64,000 bases of DNA, taken from Alphaproteobacteria bacterium. Its GTDB lineage: Bacteria; Pseudomonadota; Alphaproteobacteria; GCA-2731375. The stretch is from assembly GCA_965232515.1 (NCBI GenBank), contig CBDDPY010000002.1, positions 6,080,001 to 6,144,000 of the forward strand, given 5' to 3'. Made by a program: the position numbers and the translations under genes. Shown here piece by piece: positions 18,088 through 27,890 of the stretch; position 1 is the stretch's first letter, and each line of letters starts with the position of its first letter. A model generated the notes under the pieces. The model was not told where the DNA came from. It ran no database searches and saw nothing but the letters and a program-made list of their open reading frames with translations.

Positions 18088-19161
18088 TTGACGGCCGCCC
18101 GCGGCGACATAACCGGCGGCCAGGGCTTCACGTCGGTCCGGTTCACGCAGGAACTGCTCGAGCGCGTGCAAAGGCTGCACGAACGCTATCTGAAGGGCAT
18201 TCCGAATGGCCGTCGTTGCGTGCTCTGTATGTGCGATCTCAGCGATCTGGATTTCCGCCAACTCGACTTTTCGGACGCCGAGTTCATTGCCTGCGATTTT
18301 TCCGGCTCGGACTTTCGCGGCGCGACCTTCCGCTCGGCGACGATCTATAGCGCCAAGTTCGACGGGGCCAATCTGGGCGGGGCCGATTTCGAGCGCGCCA
18401 ACCTGCGCGGCGCGACCTTTCAGGACACCAACCTGACGCAGACCTCGTTTGTCGGCGCCGACCTGCGCCGGGCCGGCCAGATCAACCTGGAAGAACTGGT
18501 GCTGACCGACGAAGCGCCGTCCACCTTTCGCGGCGCCCGGCTACGGAAGACGAAACTCGCCGGGGCCAAGCTCAAGGCCGCGGACTTCACGGCGGCGACA
18601 TTGGACTGCACGGACTTCAAGGGCGCCGACCTGCGCGGCACGCAGTTCAAACACGCCGCGTTCGTCGATGCCGAGCTGCGGGGCGCCTATCTGACGGACG
18701 CCGATCTTCGCGGCGCGTCGTTCGAGGGCGTCGACCTCGGCGATGTCGACCTGACCCTGGTGCAAACAAACCCCAAGGCGCCCGAGCCGGCGGAACTGGG
18801 GCGCATGCTGGATGCGCATCAGCAATGGCTTGCCAGCAACGGCCAGGAGGGCGCGCGCGGCGACTTCTCGTCGCTGGATTTGAGCGGCCACATATTCCGG
18901 GGCGCGATGCTGGCGGCGGCGAACCTCGCCGATGCCATTCTGGCGAAGGCGAACCTGCAAAGCGCCAATCTGGCCGCGGCCGATCTGCGTGGCGCCAACC
19001 TGAACGGCGCCGAGCTCGATGACGCGGATCTGCGCGGCGCGGATCTGCGCGACGCTTTCATCTCCGACGAACAGCTCGCCTCGGCGAAGACCGGTCAGTT
19101 GCCTGGTGTCAGCAAGCTGACGCAGACCGACACCGACGAGGGCGCGGCGGGCGGCGATTGA
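18088..19161 (+). CDS. Pentapeptide repeat protein
   Basis: Long A(D/N)LxG/xDFSx repeat runs in two blocks; TTG start with GGAG RBS. Confidence 0.9.
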   Translation: MTAARGDITGGQGFTSVRFTQELLERVQRLHERYLKGIPNGRRCVLCMCDLSDLDFRQLDFSDAEFIACDFSGSDFRGATFRSATIYSAKFDGANLGGADFERANLRGATFQDTNLTQTSFVGADLRRAGQINLEELVLTDEAPSTFRGARLRKTKLAGAKLKAADFTAATLDCTDFKGADLRGTQFKHAAFVDAELRGAYLTDADLRGASFEGVDLGDVDLTLVQTNPKAPEPAELGRMLDAHQQWLASNGQEGARGDFSSLDLSGHIFRGAMLAAANLADAILAKANLQSANLAAADLRGANLNGAELDDADLRGADLRDAFISDEQLASAKTGQLPGVSKLTQTDTDEGAAGGD

Positions 19162-19172
19162 CAGCGACGCGA

Positions 19173-19793
19173 TCAGGGATTTTGCCGGGCGAGCAGCGCC
19201 TTCAGTCGTTTTTCGGCGAGAGAAATTTCCGCCGCGGTCATCCGGGTTTCGAGTTCGGCAACGGCGACCGCGCCATCGCTGCGTCCCAGCAGGCCGGCAT
19301 AGGTCAGCAGGAAATGCGCTTCGACCCGGTCTTCCGGCACCAGCCAACCACGCGCGTACAGCAGCCCCATCTGAATGGCGCAGACCGCGGCCTGGGCCTT
19401 GCCGTGGTCGTCGGCCGATAATCCCTGGGCGGTGACGGCGCGGCCCCAATACAGGCGCGCCGCCAACGCGTCCTCGTCGGCTTCGCTGCCGGCGGAGTAG
19501 TGGAGATAGAGCTCGTACTGAGCGCCGATATGGCCTTGCTCGGCCGCGTGTCGCAGCCAGACGAGGGCCGCCGCCGCGTTCTTGGCGATGCCGTGGCCGC
19601 CCTCTTTTTGCATCACGCCGAGATAGAACTGGGCCCGGGCATCGCCCTGGTCGGCGAGCGGCGTGAATTCGTCGACCGCCCGCAGCCAATTGCCCCGCAA
19701 ATAGGTGTCATAGCCTACATCGAAGTCGGCCAGCGCCGCCGGTGCCTGGATCATCGTCGCAACGGCGGCGCAGAAACCGAGAATTCTGAACAT
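19173..19793 (-). CDS. Sel1-repeat exported protein
   Basis: Signal peptide, ADFDVG..Y.RG, LADQGDARAQFYLG, AAEQGHIGAQY repeats. Confidence 0.85.
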   Translation of the reverse strand: MFRILGFCAAVATMIQAPAALADFDVGYDTYLRGNWLRAVDEFTPLADQGDARAQFYLGVMQKEGGHGIAKNAAAALVWLRHAAEQGHIGAQYELYLHYSAGSEADEDALAARLYWGRAVTAQGLSADDHGKAQAAVCAIQMGLLYARGWLVPEDRVEAHFLLTYAGLLGRSDGAVAVAELETRMTAAEISLAEKRLKALLARQNP

Positions 19794-19885
19794 GACGGCT
19801 CCATGATACCGGGCGATCGCGCGGGCCGGTTGACGCTGGACGTTGCCTGCCGCAGGTTCGCATCTGAGACATGAGCGGATCAAGA

Positions 19886-22828
19886 ATGCCGACCTCGCCG
19901 TTTATCGACGCCATCGCCACCTGCCCGCCGCCGCACGACCGGGAACGGGTGGCGCGCGCCAGCGAAGATCTGTCGACGGCCGCCGCCGAGGCCGACGGCG
20001 CCGTTGCCGACGCGGTCGCATTGATGCGTGGCGACGCGGCCGGCGAGGCGCTGCTGGCCGCCGTGTTCGGCAACAGCCCGTTTCTGACCCGCACACTGCT
20101 GCGCGAGACCGCGTTTTTTCCGACGCTGCTGTCGGCGTCCGCGGCCGAGACCTTCGCGGCGGTGCTGGCCGAAGTCGACGCGACGCCGGCCGAGGCGGCG
20201 TCGCAGGCCGAGATGACGCGGCGGCTGCGCCTGGCGCGGCGGCGCGTGGCGCTGCTGGTCGCCATGGCCGATATCGCCGGTATGTGGCAGGCGCCTCAGG
20301 TCGTCGAGGCCCTGACGGCATTCGCGGATGCGACCGTGCAGGCCGGGGTGCGCTGGCTCTTGCGGCAGCTTCACGAGAAAGGCGACCTGGCGCTTCCCGA
20401 TCCGGCGGCGGCGGACGTCGGCAGCGGCCTTGCGATCATCGCGATGGGCAAGTTCGGCGCGCACGAGCTGAACTATTCCAGCGATATCGACTTCGTGATG
20501 GTGTTCGACCAGGACGTGACGCCCTATCAGGGCAAGGACACGCCGCAAGCGAGCTTCATCCGGCTCAGCCAGGCCCTCGTCAAGCTGCTGCAGGAGGCCA
20601 CCGCCGACGGCTACGTGTTCCGCACCGACCTCCGGCTGCGGCCGGATCCCGGCGTGACGCCGACGGTGATCTCGATGATGGCGGCGGAGCAGTATTACGA
20701 GAGCATGGGCCAGAACTGGGAGCGGGCGGCGATGATCAAGGCCCGCGCCGCGGCTGGCGACATCCCGGCCGGCGAGGCGTATCTCGCCCGGCTGGCGCCC
20801 TTCATCTGGCGCAAAAACCTGGATTTCGCCGCCATCGAGGACGTGCATTCCATCAAGTCGCAGATCCATGCCCACCGGGGCCTGGGCAAGATCGTCGTGC
20901 CGGGCCAGAACATCAAGCTGGGGCCGGGCGGCATTCGCGATATCGAGTTCTTTGCCCAGACCCAGCAGCTGATCGCCGGCGGCCGCGATCCCGATCTGCG
21001 CCAGCGCGCGACCTGCGGCGCGCTGCGTGCTCTGGCCGAAGCCGGCTGGATCGACGACGGCGTCGCCGACGCCCTGACCGCATGCTATTGGTATCACCGC
21101 CAGGTCGAGCATCGACTGCAGATGGTTGGCGACGAGCAGACCCATTCGCTGCCCGACAGCGACGATGGTCTGACGCATATCGCCCGGTTCATGGGCTATG
21201 ACGACCGGGGCGCGTTCGAGAAAGACCTGCTCGAGCGCCTCAACACCGTTCGTGGCCACTATGCGGCGCTGTTCCAGAAATCGGCGCCGCTGGCCGCCGG
21301 CGGCAATCTGGTCTTCACCGGCACCGAGGACGATCCGGAAACGCTGGAAACGCTGAGCGGCATGGGCTTCGAACGGCCGGACAGCGTGTCGGCCGAGATC
21401 CGGGGCTGGCATCACGGCCGCTATCGCGCCACTCGTAGCACGCGCAGCCGCGAGTTGTTGACCAAGCTGATGCCCGCGTTGCTTGCGACCATGGCGAAGA
21501 CGGCGGATCCGGACGCCACGTTCGGCCGCTTCGGCCGCTTTCTCGAGGGCCTGCCGTCGGGCGTGCAGCTGTTCTCGCTGCTGTTCGCGCACCCCAATCT
21601 GCTCGATCTGATGGCCGCCATCATGGGCGCGGCGCCGCGGCTGGCGAACTATCTGAGCCGCAGCGCGACGGTACTCGACGCCGTGCTGGAGCCGGATTTC
21701 TTCAATCACCTGCCGCCGTGCGAGATCCTCTGCGAGGATCTGCAGGAAGCGTTGCGCACGACGCGCGACTTCGAGGATGTGCTCGATGTCTCGCGTCGCT
21801 GGACGCGCGAACGGCGGTTCCAGCTCGGCGTGCAAGTGCTCAACAACACGACCGACGCGGACACGGCCGGCCGCAATTACGCCGATGTCGCCGAGGCCGT
21901 GATCACGGACCTCTGTCCGCGCGTCGAGGCCGACTTCGCGGCGCGTCATGGCCGGGTGCCAGGCGGTGGCATGGCCGTGCTGGCCATGGGCAAGCTGGGC
22001 GGCCGGGAGATGAGCGCGACGTCCGACCTGGACCTGATCTTCATCTATGACTACGACGCGTCCGCGGCCGAGTCGGATGGCGCCAGGCCGCTTGCCGCAG
22101 GGCACTATTTCACCCGGTTGAGCCAGCGCTTGCTGAACGCGCTGACGGTGCAGACCTCGGAAGGCGCGCTCTATGAGGTCGATATGCGCTTGCGGCCGTC
22201 GGGCAACGCCGGGCCGGTGGCGACGCAACTGGAGACGTTCCAGACCTATCAGCGCGAGCAGGCCTGGACCTGGGAGCATATGGCGTTGACCCGGGCGCGT
22301 GTGGTCGCCGGCCCGCCGGCATTGACGGCGGAAATCGCCGCCACGGTCGACGAGGTGCTGCGGCAGCCGCGCGAGCCGGCGCAGATCGCGACCGATGTTG
22401 TCGACATGCGGACACGCCTTGCCCGGGAGAAGCCGAGCGAGGACCCCTGGGAGCTGAAGCAGGTCCGCGGCGGCCTGATCGATCTCGAATTCATCGCTCA
22501 GTATCTTCAGCTCGTGAACGCCGCGAGCCATCCCGATTGCCTCGACCGCAACACCGGCGAAGCCCTGGCAAAGCTGGGCAAGGTGGGCGTGCTGGAGGCG
22601 GACGTCGCCGGCGAGTTGGTTTCGGCCGTGACCCTGATCCGCGGCCTCACCGGCGTGCTGCGGATCGCCATGGAAGGCCCGTTCGATCCGGAGAAGTCGC
22701 CGCAGGGCCTGCGCGACGTTTTGGCGAAGGTGGCCGGCGAGGCCGACTTCGCCGCCCTCGATCGGCGCTTAAGGGCGACCCAGGCTTTGGTGCACCAGCG
22801 GTTCCGGGAGATCGTCGGGGCAGGCTAA
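19886..22828 (+). CDS. glnE: Bifunctional glutamine synthetase adenylyltransferase/deadenylase
   Basis: Two nucleotidyltransferase domains: MGKFGAHELNYSSDIDF..RTDLRLRP and MGKLGGREMSATSDLDL..EVDMRLRPSG; start may be 19871. Confidence 0.96.
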   Translation: MPTSPFIDAIATCPPPHDRERVARASEDLSTAAAEADGAVADAVALMRGDAAGEALLAAVFGNSPFLTRTLLRETAFFPTLLSASAAETFAAVLAEVDATPAEAASQAEMTRRLRLARRRVALLVAMADIAGMWQAPQVVEALTAFADATVQAGVRWLLRQLHEKGDLALPDPAAADVGSGLAIIAMGKFGAHELNYSSDIDFVMVFDQDVTPYQGKDTPQASFIRLSQALVKLLQEATADGYVFRTDLRLRPDPGVTPTVISMMAAEQYYESMGQNWERAAMIKARAAAGDIPAGEAYLARLAPFIWRKNLDFAAIEDVHSIKSQIHAHRGLGKIVVPGQNIKLGPGGIRDIEFFAQTQQLIAGGRDPDLRQRATCGALRALAEAGWIDDGVADALTACYWYHRQVEHRLQMVGDEQTHSLPDSDDGLTHIARFMGYDDRGAFEKDLLERLNTVRGHYAALFQKSAPLAAGGNLVFTGTEDDPETLETLSGMGFERPDSVSAEIRGWHHGRYRATRSTRSRELLTKLMPALLATMAKTADPDATFGRFGRFLEGLPSGVQLFSLLFAHPNLLDLMAAIMGAAPRLANYLSRSATVLDAVLEPDFFNHLPPCEILCEDLQEALRTTRDFEDVLDVSRRWTRERRFQLGVQVLNNTTDADTAGRNYADVAEAVITDLCPRVEADFAARHGRVPGGGMAVLAMGKLGGREMSATSDLDLIFIYDYDASAAESDGARPLAAGHYFTRLSQRLLNALTVQTSEGALYEVDMRLRPSGNAGPVATQLETFQTYQREQAWTWEHMALTRARVVAGPPALTAEIAATVDEVLRQPREPAQIATDVVDMRTRLAREKPSEDPWELKQVRGGLIDLEFIAQYLQLVNAASHPDCLDRNTGEALAKLGKVGVLEADVAGELVSAVTLIRGLTGVLRIAMEGPFDPEKSPQGLRDVLAKVAGEADFAALDRRLRATQALVHQRFREIVGAG

Positions 22829-24264
22829 GGCTTTTCGCCCTCGCGGCCGTACTGGTCCTCGAAGCGGACGATGTCGTCCTCGCCGAGATAGCTGCCGGAC
22901 TGCACCTCGATCAGCTTCAGCTCGATCATGCCCGGATTGGCGAGGCGGTGCTTGACGCCGATCGGGATATACGTGCTCTCGTTCTCGTGCAGCAGCACGG
23001 TTTCCTCGCCGCGCGTCACGGTGGCCGTGCCCTGGACGACGATCCAGTGCTCGGCGCGATGGTGATGCATCTGCAGCGAGAGCTGGGCGCCCGGCTTGAC
23101 CGCGATATGCTTGACCTGGAAGCGGTCGCCGAAATCGATGCTTTCGTAATAGCCCCAGGGCCGGTAGACCCGGTTATGCACGTCCGTCTCGCTGCGGCCG
23201 TTGGTTTTCAGGTCGTCGACGATGGCGCGCACGTCCTGCACCTTTTCGCGGTCGGCCACCAGGACGGCGTCGTCGGTCTCGACCACCACGACGTTCGACA
23301 GGCCCAGGGCCGCGACCAGACGCTTGTCGGACCTGAGATAGGAGTTCTCGACGTCGTGCGTGACTACGTCGCCAACGGTGACGTTGCCGGCATCGTCCCG
23401 ATCGCCGATCTGCCACAATGCCGACCAGGAGCCGACATCGCTCCAGCCGATATCGGCGGCGACCACGGCGGCATCGGACGTATGCTCCATCACCGCGTAG
23501 TCGATCGAGATCGACGGCGACTTGCCGAAGGCGTCGGCGTCGAGCCGGGTGAACGACAGGTCCTCGGCGCCGCCCGCGAGGGCCGCCCGACAGGCCGAGA
23601 CGATTTCGGGCTGCAGGCGTTCCAGCTCGTCCAGGTATTTAGCGGCCTTGAACACGAACATGCCGCTGTTCCAATAGTAGCCGCCGTCATCCAGGAAGGC
23701 CTGGGCCTTGGCGGCATCGGGCTTCTCGAGGAAGGCCTCGACGGCATAGCAGTCGTCGGCGCTCCCTTTGCCGGCGCCACGCTTGATGTAGCCGTAGCCG
23801 GTCTCGGGTGCGTCCGGCATGATGCCGAAGGTGACCAGCGCGCCGTCATCGGCCAGCGGCACCGTTTTGTCGACGGCCGCGATGAAGGCGTCCTGCTGCA
23901 GAATGGTGTGGTCCGACGGCAGCAGCATCATCAGCGCGTCGGGGTCCCGTTCGCTCAAGGTCAGCGCGGCGACGGCCGCGGCAGGCGCGGTGTTGCGGCC
24001 GACAGGTTCGAGCACGATGGCCGACGGCTCGATCTCGATGGCGCGTAGCTGCTCGGCGATGATGAAGCGGTGGTCGTTGTTGCAGATCACCATCGGCGCG
24101 GCGAACCGGTCGGGATCGGAGACCCGGTCCGCCGTCTCCTGCAACATGGTGCGTTCGCCCGCCAGCGACAGCAATTGCTTCGGGTAGACCTGGCGCGACA
24201 GCGGCCATAGCCGGGTGCCGGACCCGCCGGAGAGGATAACGGGATGGATCTTGCTCGCGGCCAT
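22825..24264 (-). CDS. manC: Mannose-1-phosphate guanylyltransferase / mannose-6-phosphate isomerase
   Basis: ILSGGSGTRLWPLSR..PKQ, EPVGRNTAPA, WSDVGSW, C-terminal cupin LSLQMHHHRAEHW. Confidence 0.95.
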   Translation of the reverse strand: MAASKIHPVILSGGSGTRLWPLSRQVYPKQLLSLAGERTMLQETADRVSDPDRFAAPMVICNNDHRFIIAEQLRAIEIEPSAIVLEPVGRNTAPAAAVAALTLSERDPDALMMLLPSDHTILQQDAFIAAVDKTVPLADDGALVTFGIMPDAPETGYGYIKRGAGKGSADDCYAVEAFLEKPDAAKAQAFLDDGGYYWNSGMFVFKAAKYLDELERLQPEIVSACRAALAGGAEDLSFTRLDADAFGKSPSISIDYAVMEHTSDAAVVAADIGWSDVGSWSALWQIGDRDDAGNVTVGDVVTHDVENSYLRSDKRLVAALGLSNVVVVETDDAVLVADREKVQDVRAIVDDLKTNGRSETDVHNRVYRPWGYYESIDFGDRFQVKHIAVKPGAQLSLQMHHHRAEHWIVVQGTATVTRGEETVLLHENESTYIPIGVKHRLANPGMIELKLIEVQSGSYLGEDDIVRFEDQYGREGEKP

Positions 24265-24283
24265 CGGAACGCCCCTTCAGGAT

Positions 24284-25870
24284 CTACTCACGCCCCGCTC
24301 GTATATCACATGCGCCTTGCCGGTCCAGTGACATCCAGGCAATCACGGCGCTGCCGATGGCAAGCAGGGTGCTCAGCACCATGACTGCCCGAAAACCGTT
24401 GATAAATGCTTCATTAATCGCGTTTCTGAGGGCATCGGCCAGGTCCGGATCGAGCCCCGCGGGCAATGCCGCGGCGGCCAGCTTGATGCGTTCGGCGTCC
24501 AGCGTCGACAGCACGTCCGGCGGCGGCGCGATGGCCGCGAGACCGGCATCGAGCGCCTGATTGAAAAAGGCGGCCAGGATAATGCCGAACAGGGCGACGG
24601 CGATCAGGCCGCCGACCCGGGCGACGGTATTGTTGATGGCCGAGGCGACGCCGGCCCGGTCGGGACCGGCGGCGTTGAGCGCCACCGTGGTCACGGGCGC
24701 GACGCAGACCCCCATGCCGAGGCCCAGAACCAGGGCGGCGGGGAAGTAGCCGGTCCAGTAGCTGTCGCCGATGCCGGGCACGGCGAACAGCGCGAACCCG
24801 GCGGCCGTGATCAGCGTGCCCGTGACCAGCGGCGGGCGCGGCCCGTATCGGTCGACCAGGCCTCCGGCCCAGCGCGACAGCAGCGAGATCATGGCGACGA
24901 ACGGCAGCATGGCCGCGCCGGCGGCAAACGCGCTGTAGCCTTGCACCTGGATCAAATTGAAGGGCAGAAAGAACAGCGCGCCCTGCAGTCCGGCATAGAG
25001 CGTGAAGGTGAGCGCGTTGACGCCACTAAAGGTGGCCGAGCGAAACATGTCGAGGGGCAGCATCGGCGCGTTCGATACGGCCTCCACCCAGAGGAAGGCG
25101 ACGACGGCGACGAGTCCGAGCAGGAGCGCGCCCCAGACGAGCGGGTGGCCGAACCCGAGACGCACCGAATCCAACAGACCGAAGGTAATGGCGGCGAGCG
25201 CCAGCGTGCCGAGTGCGGCGCCGATCCAGTCCGGCGGCTGACATTCGGCCCGGCTCTCCGGTACCCGCCAGTGGCTGATCGCGAGCGCCAATATCGCCAG
25301 CGGCGGGTTGATGAAGAAAATCCAGCGCCAGGACAGCGCGTCGACGGCCCAGCCGCCGAACACCGGGCCGAGGGAAACGGTGATCGCGGTCGCCGCGGAC
25401 CAGGTGCCGATCGCCCGGCCGCGCCGCTGTTCGGGAAAGCAGGCCGAGATGATAGCGAGGCTGCCGGGGATCATTAGGGCGGCGCCGATGCCCTGTACGG
25501 CCCGCGCCAGGTTCAATTGCAGCGGCGTCATGGCGAGGCCGCAGAGCAGGGACGCGACGGCGAAGATGACGATGCCGAGATTGAAGATACGGCGGCGGCC
25601 ATGCCGGTCGCCGAGCGCGCCGCCGACCATGATCAGCGAGGCCATGAACAGGATGTAGCCCTCGACCACCCATTGCGACTGGGTGATATCGGCGCCGAGA
25701 TCGCGCTGCAACACCGGCAGGGCGACATTGACCACGGTGCTGTCGAGGAAACCCATGCTGGAGGCGATGATCGTCGCCGCCAGCACCCAACGGCCATCCG
25801 GAGCGGTGGCAGTTTCGGGCTCGCGTTGACGGGCCGTCAGTTCGGCCCGGCCGCGAAACCCAAATGCCAT
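24284..25870 (-). CDS. MFS drug-resistance transporter (DHA2/EmrB-like)
   Basis: FLDSTVVNVALP, GGALGDRHGRRR, WRWIFFINPP, about 14 TM segments. Confidence 0.9.
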   Translation of the reverse strand: MAFGFRGRAELTARQREPETATAPDGRWVLAATIIASSMGFLDSTVVNVALPVLQRDLGADITQSQWVVEGYILFMASLIMVGGALGDRHGRRRIFNLGIVIFAVASLLCGLAMTPLQLNLARAVQGIGAALMIPGSLAIISACFPEQRRGRAIGTWSAATAITVSLGPVFGGWAVDALSWRWIFFINPPLAILALAISHWRVPESRAECQPPDWIGAALGTLALAAITFGLLDSVRLGFGHPLVWGALLLGLVAVVAFLWVEAVSNAPMLPLDMFRSATFSGVNALTFTLYAGLQGALFFLPFNLIQVQGYSAFAAGAAMLPFVAMISLLSRWAGGLVDRYGPRPPLVTGTLITAAGFALFAVPGIGDSYWTGYFPAALVLGLGMGVCVAPVTTVALNAAGPDRAGVASAINNTVARVGGLIAVALFGIILAAFFNQALDAGLAAIAPPPDVLSTLDAERIKLAAAALPAGLDPDLADALRNAINEAFINGFRAVMVLSTLLAIGSAVIAWMSLDRQGACDIRAGRE

Positions 25871-25876
25871 GATTGA

Positions 25877-27082
25877 TTAGTAGGAGCGTGGTAGGCCGAG
25901 CACGTGCTGGGCCACATAGGCCAGCACGAGGTTGGTCGAGATCGGCGCCGTCTTCATCAGCCGGCATTCACGCCATTTACGCTCGATGTCGTATTCGCGG
26001 GCGAAGGCGAAGCCGCCGAAAGTCTGCATGCAGGTCTCGGCCGCTTCCCAGGCGGCTTCGGACGCCAGCATCTTGGCGATGTTCGCGTCCTCGCCGCAGT
26101 CCTTGCCGTCGTCGAACAGTGCCGCGGCGCGGCGCACCATCATGTCGGCGGCGCGCACCTGGGCATAGGCGCGGGCGATAGGGAATTGGATGCCCTGGTT
26201 CTTGCCGATCGGTGCGCCGAATACCTCGCGTTCGTTGGCGTAGGCCACCGCCTTGTCGATGAACCAGCGGCCGTCGCCGAGCGCTTCCGAGGCGACCAGC
26301 ACGCGTTCGGCGTTCATGCCGTCGAGGATGTAGCGGAAGCCCTTGCCTTCCTCGCCGATCAGGTTCTCGGCCGGCACCCGCAGATTGTCGAAGAACACCT
26401 CGTTGGTGTTGTGGTTGATCATGGTCGGGATCGGGCGGATCTCGAGGCCGTTGTCCTTGCCCGCGTTGAGGTCGACAATGAACGTGGAGATGCCGTCGGT
26501 GCGGCGCTTGACCTGGTCGGCCGGCGTGGTGCGGGCGAGCAGCAGCATCAAGTCCGATTGCCTTGCCCGCGAGGTCCAGATCTTCTGGCCGTTGACCACG
26601 TAATGGTCGCCGTCGCGCACAGCCCGGGTCTTGAGCTGGGTGGTGTCGGTGCCGGTCGTGGGCTCGGAGACGCCGAATGCCTGGAGCCGGATCTCTCCGG
26701 AGGCGATGCCGGGCAGGTATTTGCGCTTCTGCGCGTCGCTGCCGTGCCTGAGCAGCGTCCCCATGATGTACATCTGGGCGTGGCAGGCGCCGGCGTTGCA
26801 GCCGTTGGCGTGGATCTCCTCCAGGATCACTGAGCCGGCGCGGATCGGCAGGCCGGAGCCGCCATATTCCTCCGGGATCAGGGCGCCGAGGTAGCCGGAC
26901 TGGGTCAGGGCCTGGACGAACTCCTCGGGATATTCCGACTTTTCGTCCTTCTCGCGCCAGTATTCGCCGGGGAATCCTTCGCAGATCCGGCGCACGCTGT
27001 CGCGGATATCGGCATAGTCCTCATCGACCGGGACCACCGTGACACTATCGGCGCCGTGCCCCGCATCCAATTCAGCAACCAT
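25877..27082 (-). CDS. Acyl-CoA dehydrogenase
   Basis: IPEEYGGSG, FGVSEPTTGTD, NGQKIWTS, FGGFAFAREYDIERKWR; GGAGG RBS before ATG 27082. Confidence 0.93.
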   Translation of the reverse strand: MVAELDAGHGADSVTVVPVDEDYADIRDSVRRICEGFPGEYWREKDEKSEYPEEFVQALTQSGYLGALIPEEYGGSGLPIRAGSVILEEIHANGCNAGACHAQMYIMGTLLRHGSDAQKRKYLPGIASGEIRLQAFGVSEPTTGTDTTQLKTRAVRDGDHYVVNGQKIWTSRARQSDLMLLLARTTPADQVKRRTDGISTFIVDLNAGKDNGLEIRPIPTMINHNTNEVFFDNLRVPAENLIGEEGKGFRYILDGMNAERVLVASEALGDGRWFIDKAVAYANEREVFGAPIGKNQGIQFPIARAYAQVRAADMMVRRAAALFDDGKDCGEDANIAKMLASEAAWEAAETCMQTFGGFAFAREYDIERKWRECRLMKTAPISTNLVLAYVAQHVLGLPRSY

Positions 27083-27095
27083 CAGCTTTCCTCCC

Positions 27096-27890
27096 TCAGC
27101 GTCCGACGAAGCGGGGCTTGCGTTTCTCGTTGAAGGCGCGCACGCCCTCCATGCGGTCTTCCGTCGGCACCAGACGGTTATAGGCTTCGATCTCAATGCC
27201 GAGCGCCGTCGTCAGGTCCGTGCCCATGCCCAGGTTCATCGCGCGCTTGGCCTGGCGCACGGCCAGCGGCGCGTTGGCGCAGATCCGGCGGGCCACCTCC
27301 AGCACGCCGCCCATCAACGCATCCGGCGCATGGATCTCGTTCACCATGCCCCAGTCGTAGGCCTCCTGGGCGCTGAACGGACGGCCGGACAGGATCAGCT
27401 CCTTGGCGCGGCGGATGCCGACGGCGCGCGGTAGGTTTTGGGTACCGCCACTGCCGGGAATGATGCCGAGGGTGATTTCCGTCAGCGCGAAGCGCGCGGT
27501 TTCGGACGCGTGAATGAAGTCGCAGCCCAGCGCGAACTCGCAGCCGCCGCCGAAAGCGGCGCCGTTCACCGCGGCGATGATCGGCACCGGACAGTCCAGC
27601 ATGGTGTAGAAGGCCTGCTCGAACAGCACATGCTGCAGGCGCCAGGCCTCGTCGGTCATGCCGTCGCGTTCCTTCAGGTCGCCGCCGGCGCAGAACGCGC
27701 GGTCGCCGCTGCCGGTCAGGACGATGCAGCGCACGTCGCCGGGATCCAGCACCAGGCCGGTGAACAGGTCGTGCAGGTCGCGACCCATTTGCGTGTTGAG
27801 CGCATTGGCCGCCTGCGGCCGGTTGAAGGTAACGCGCAGCAGATGCGCTTCCGGCGTCTCGACCGTCAGTGTCTCGTAAGACTTAGTCAT
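27096..27890 (-). CDS. Enoyl-CoA hydratase/isomerase
   Basis: AFCAGGDLKE, IAAVNGAAFGGGCE, EITLGIIPGSGGTQ. Confidence 0.93.
   Translation of the reverse strand: MTKSYETLTVETPEAHLLRVTFNRPQAANALNTQMGRDLHDLFTGLVLDPGDVRCIVLTGSGDRAFCAGGDLKERDGMTDEAWRLQHVLFEQAFYTMLDCPVPIIAAVNGAAFGGGCEFALGCDFIHASETARFALTEITLGIIPGSGGTQNLPRAVGIRRAKELILSGRPFSAQEAYDWGMVNEIHAPDALMGGVLEVARRICANAPLAVRQAKRAMNLGMGTDLTTALGIEIEAYNRLVPTEDRMEGVRAFNEKRKPRFVGR

Noticed and set aside
18230-19060. Repetitive DNA (GCCGACCTGCGCGGC-like units) as a CRISPR or tandem repeat array
   Set aside because: The 15-bp periodicity is the coding pattern of pentapeptide repeats; there are no spacers or cas genes.
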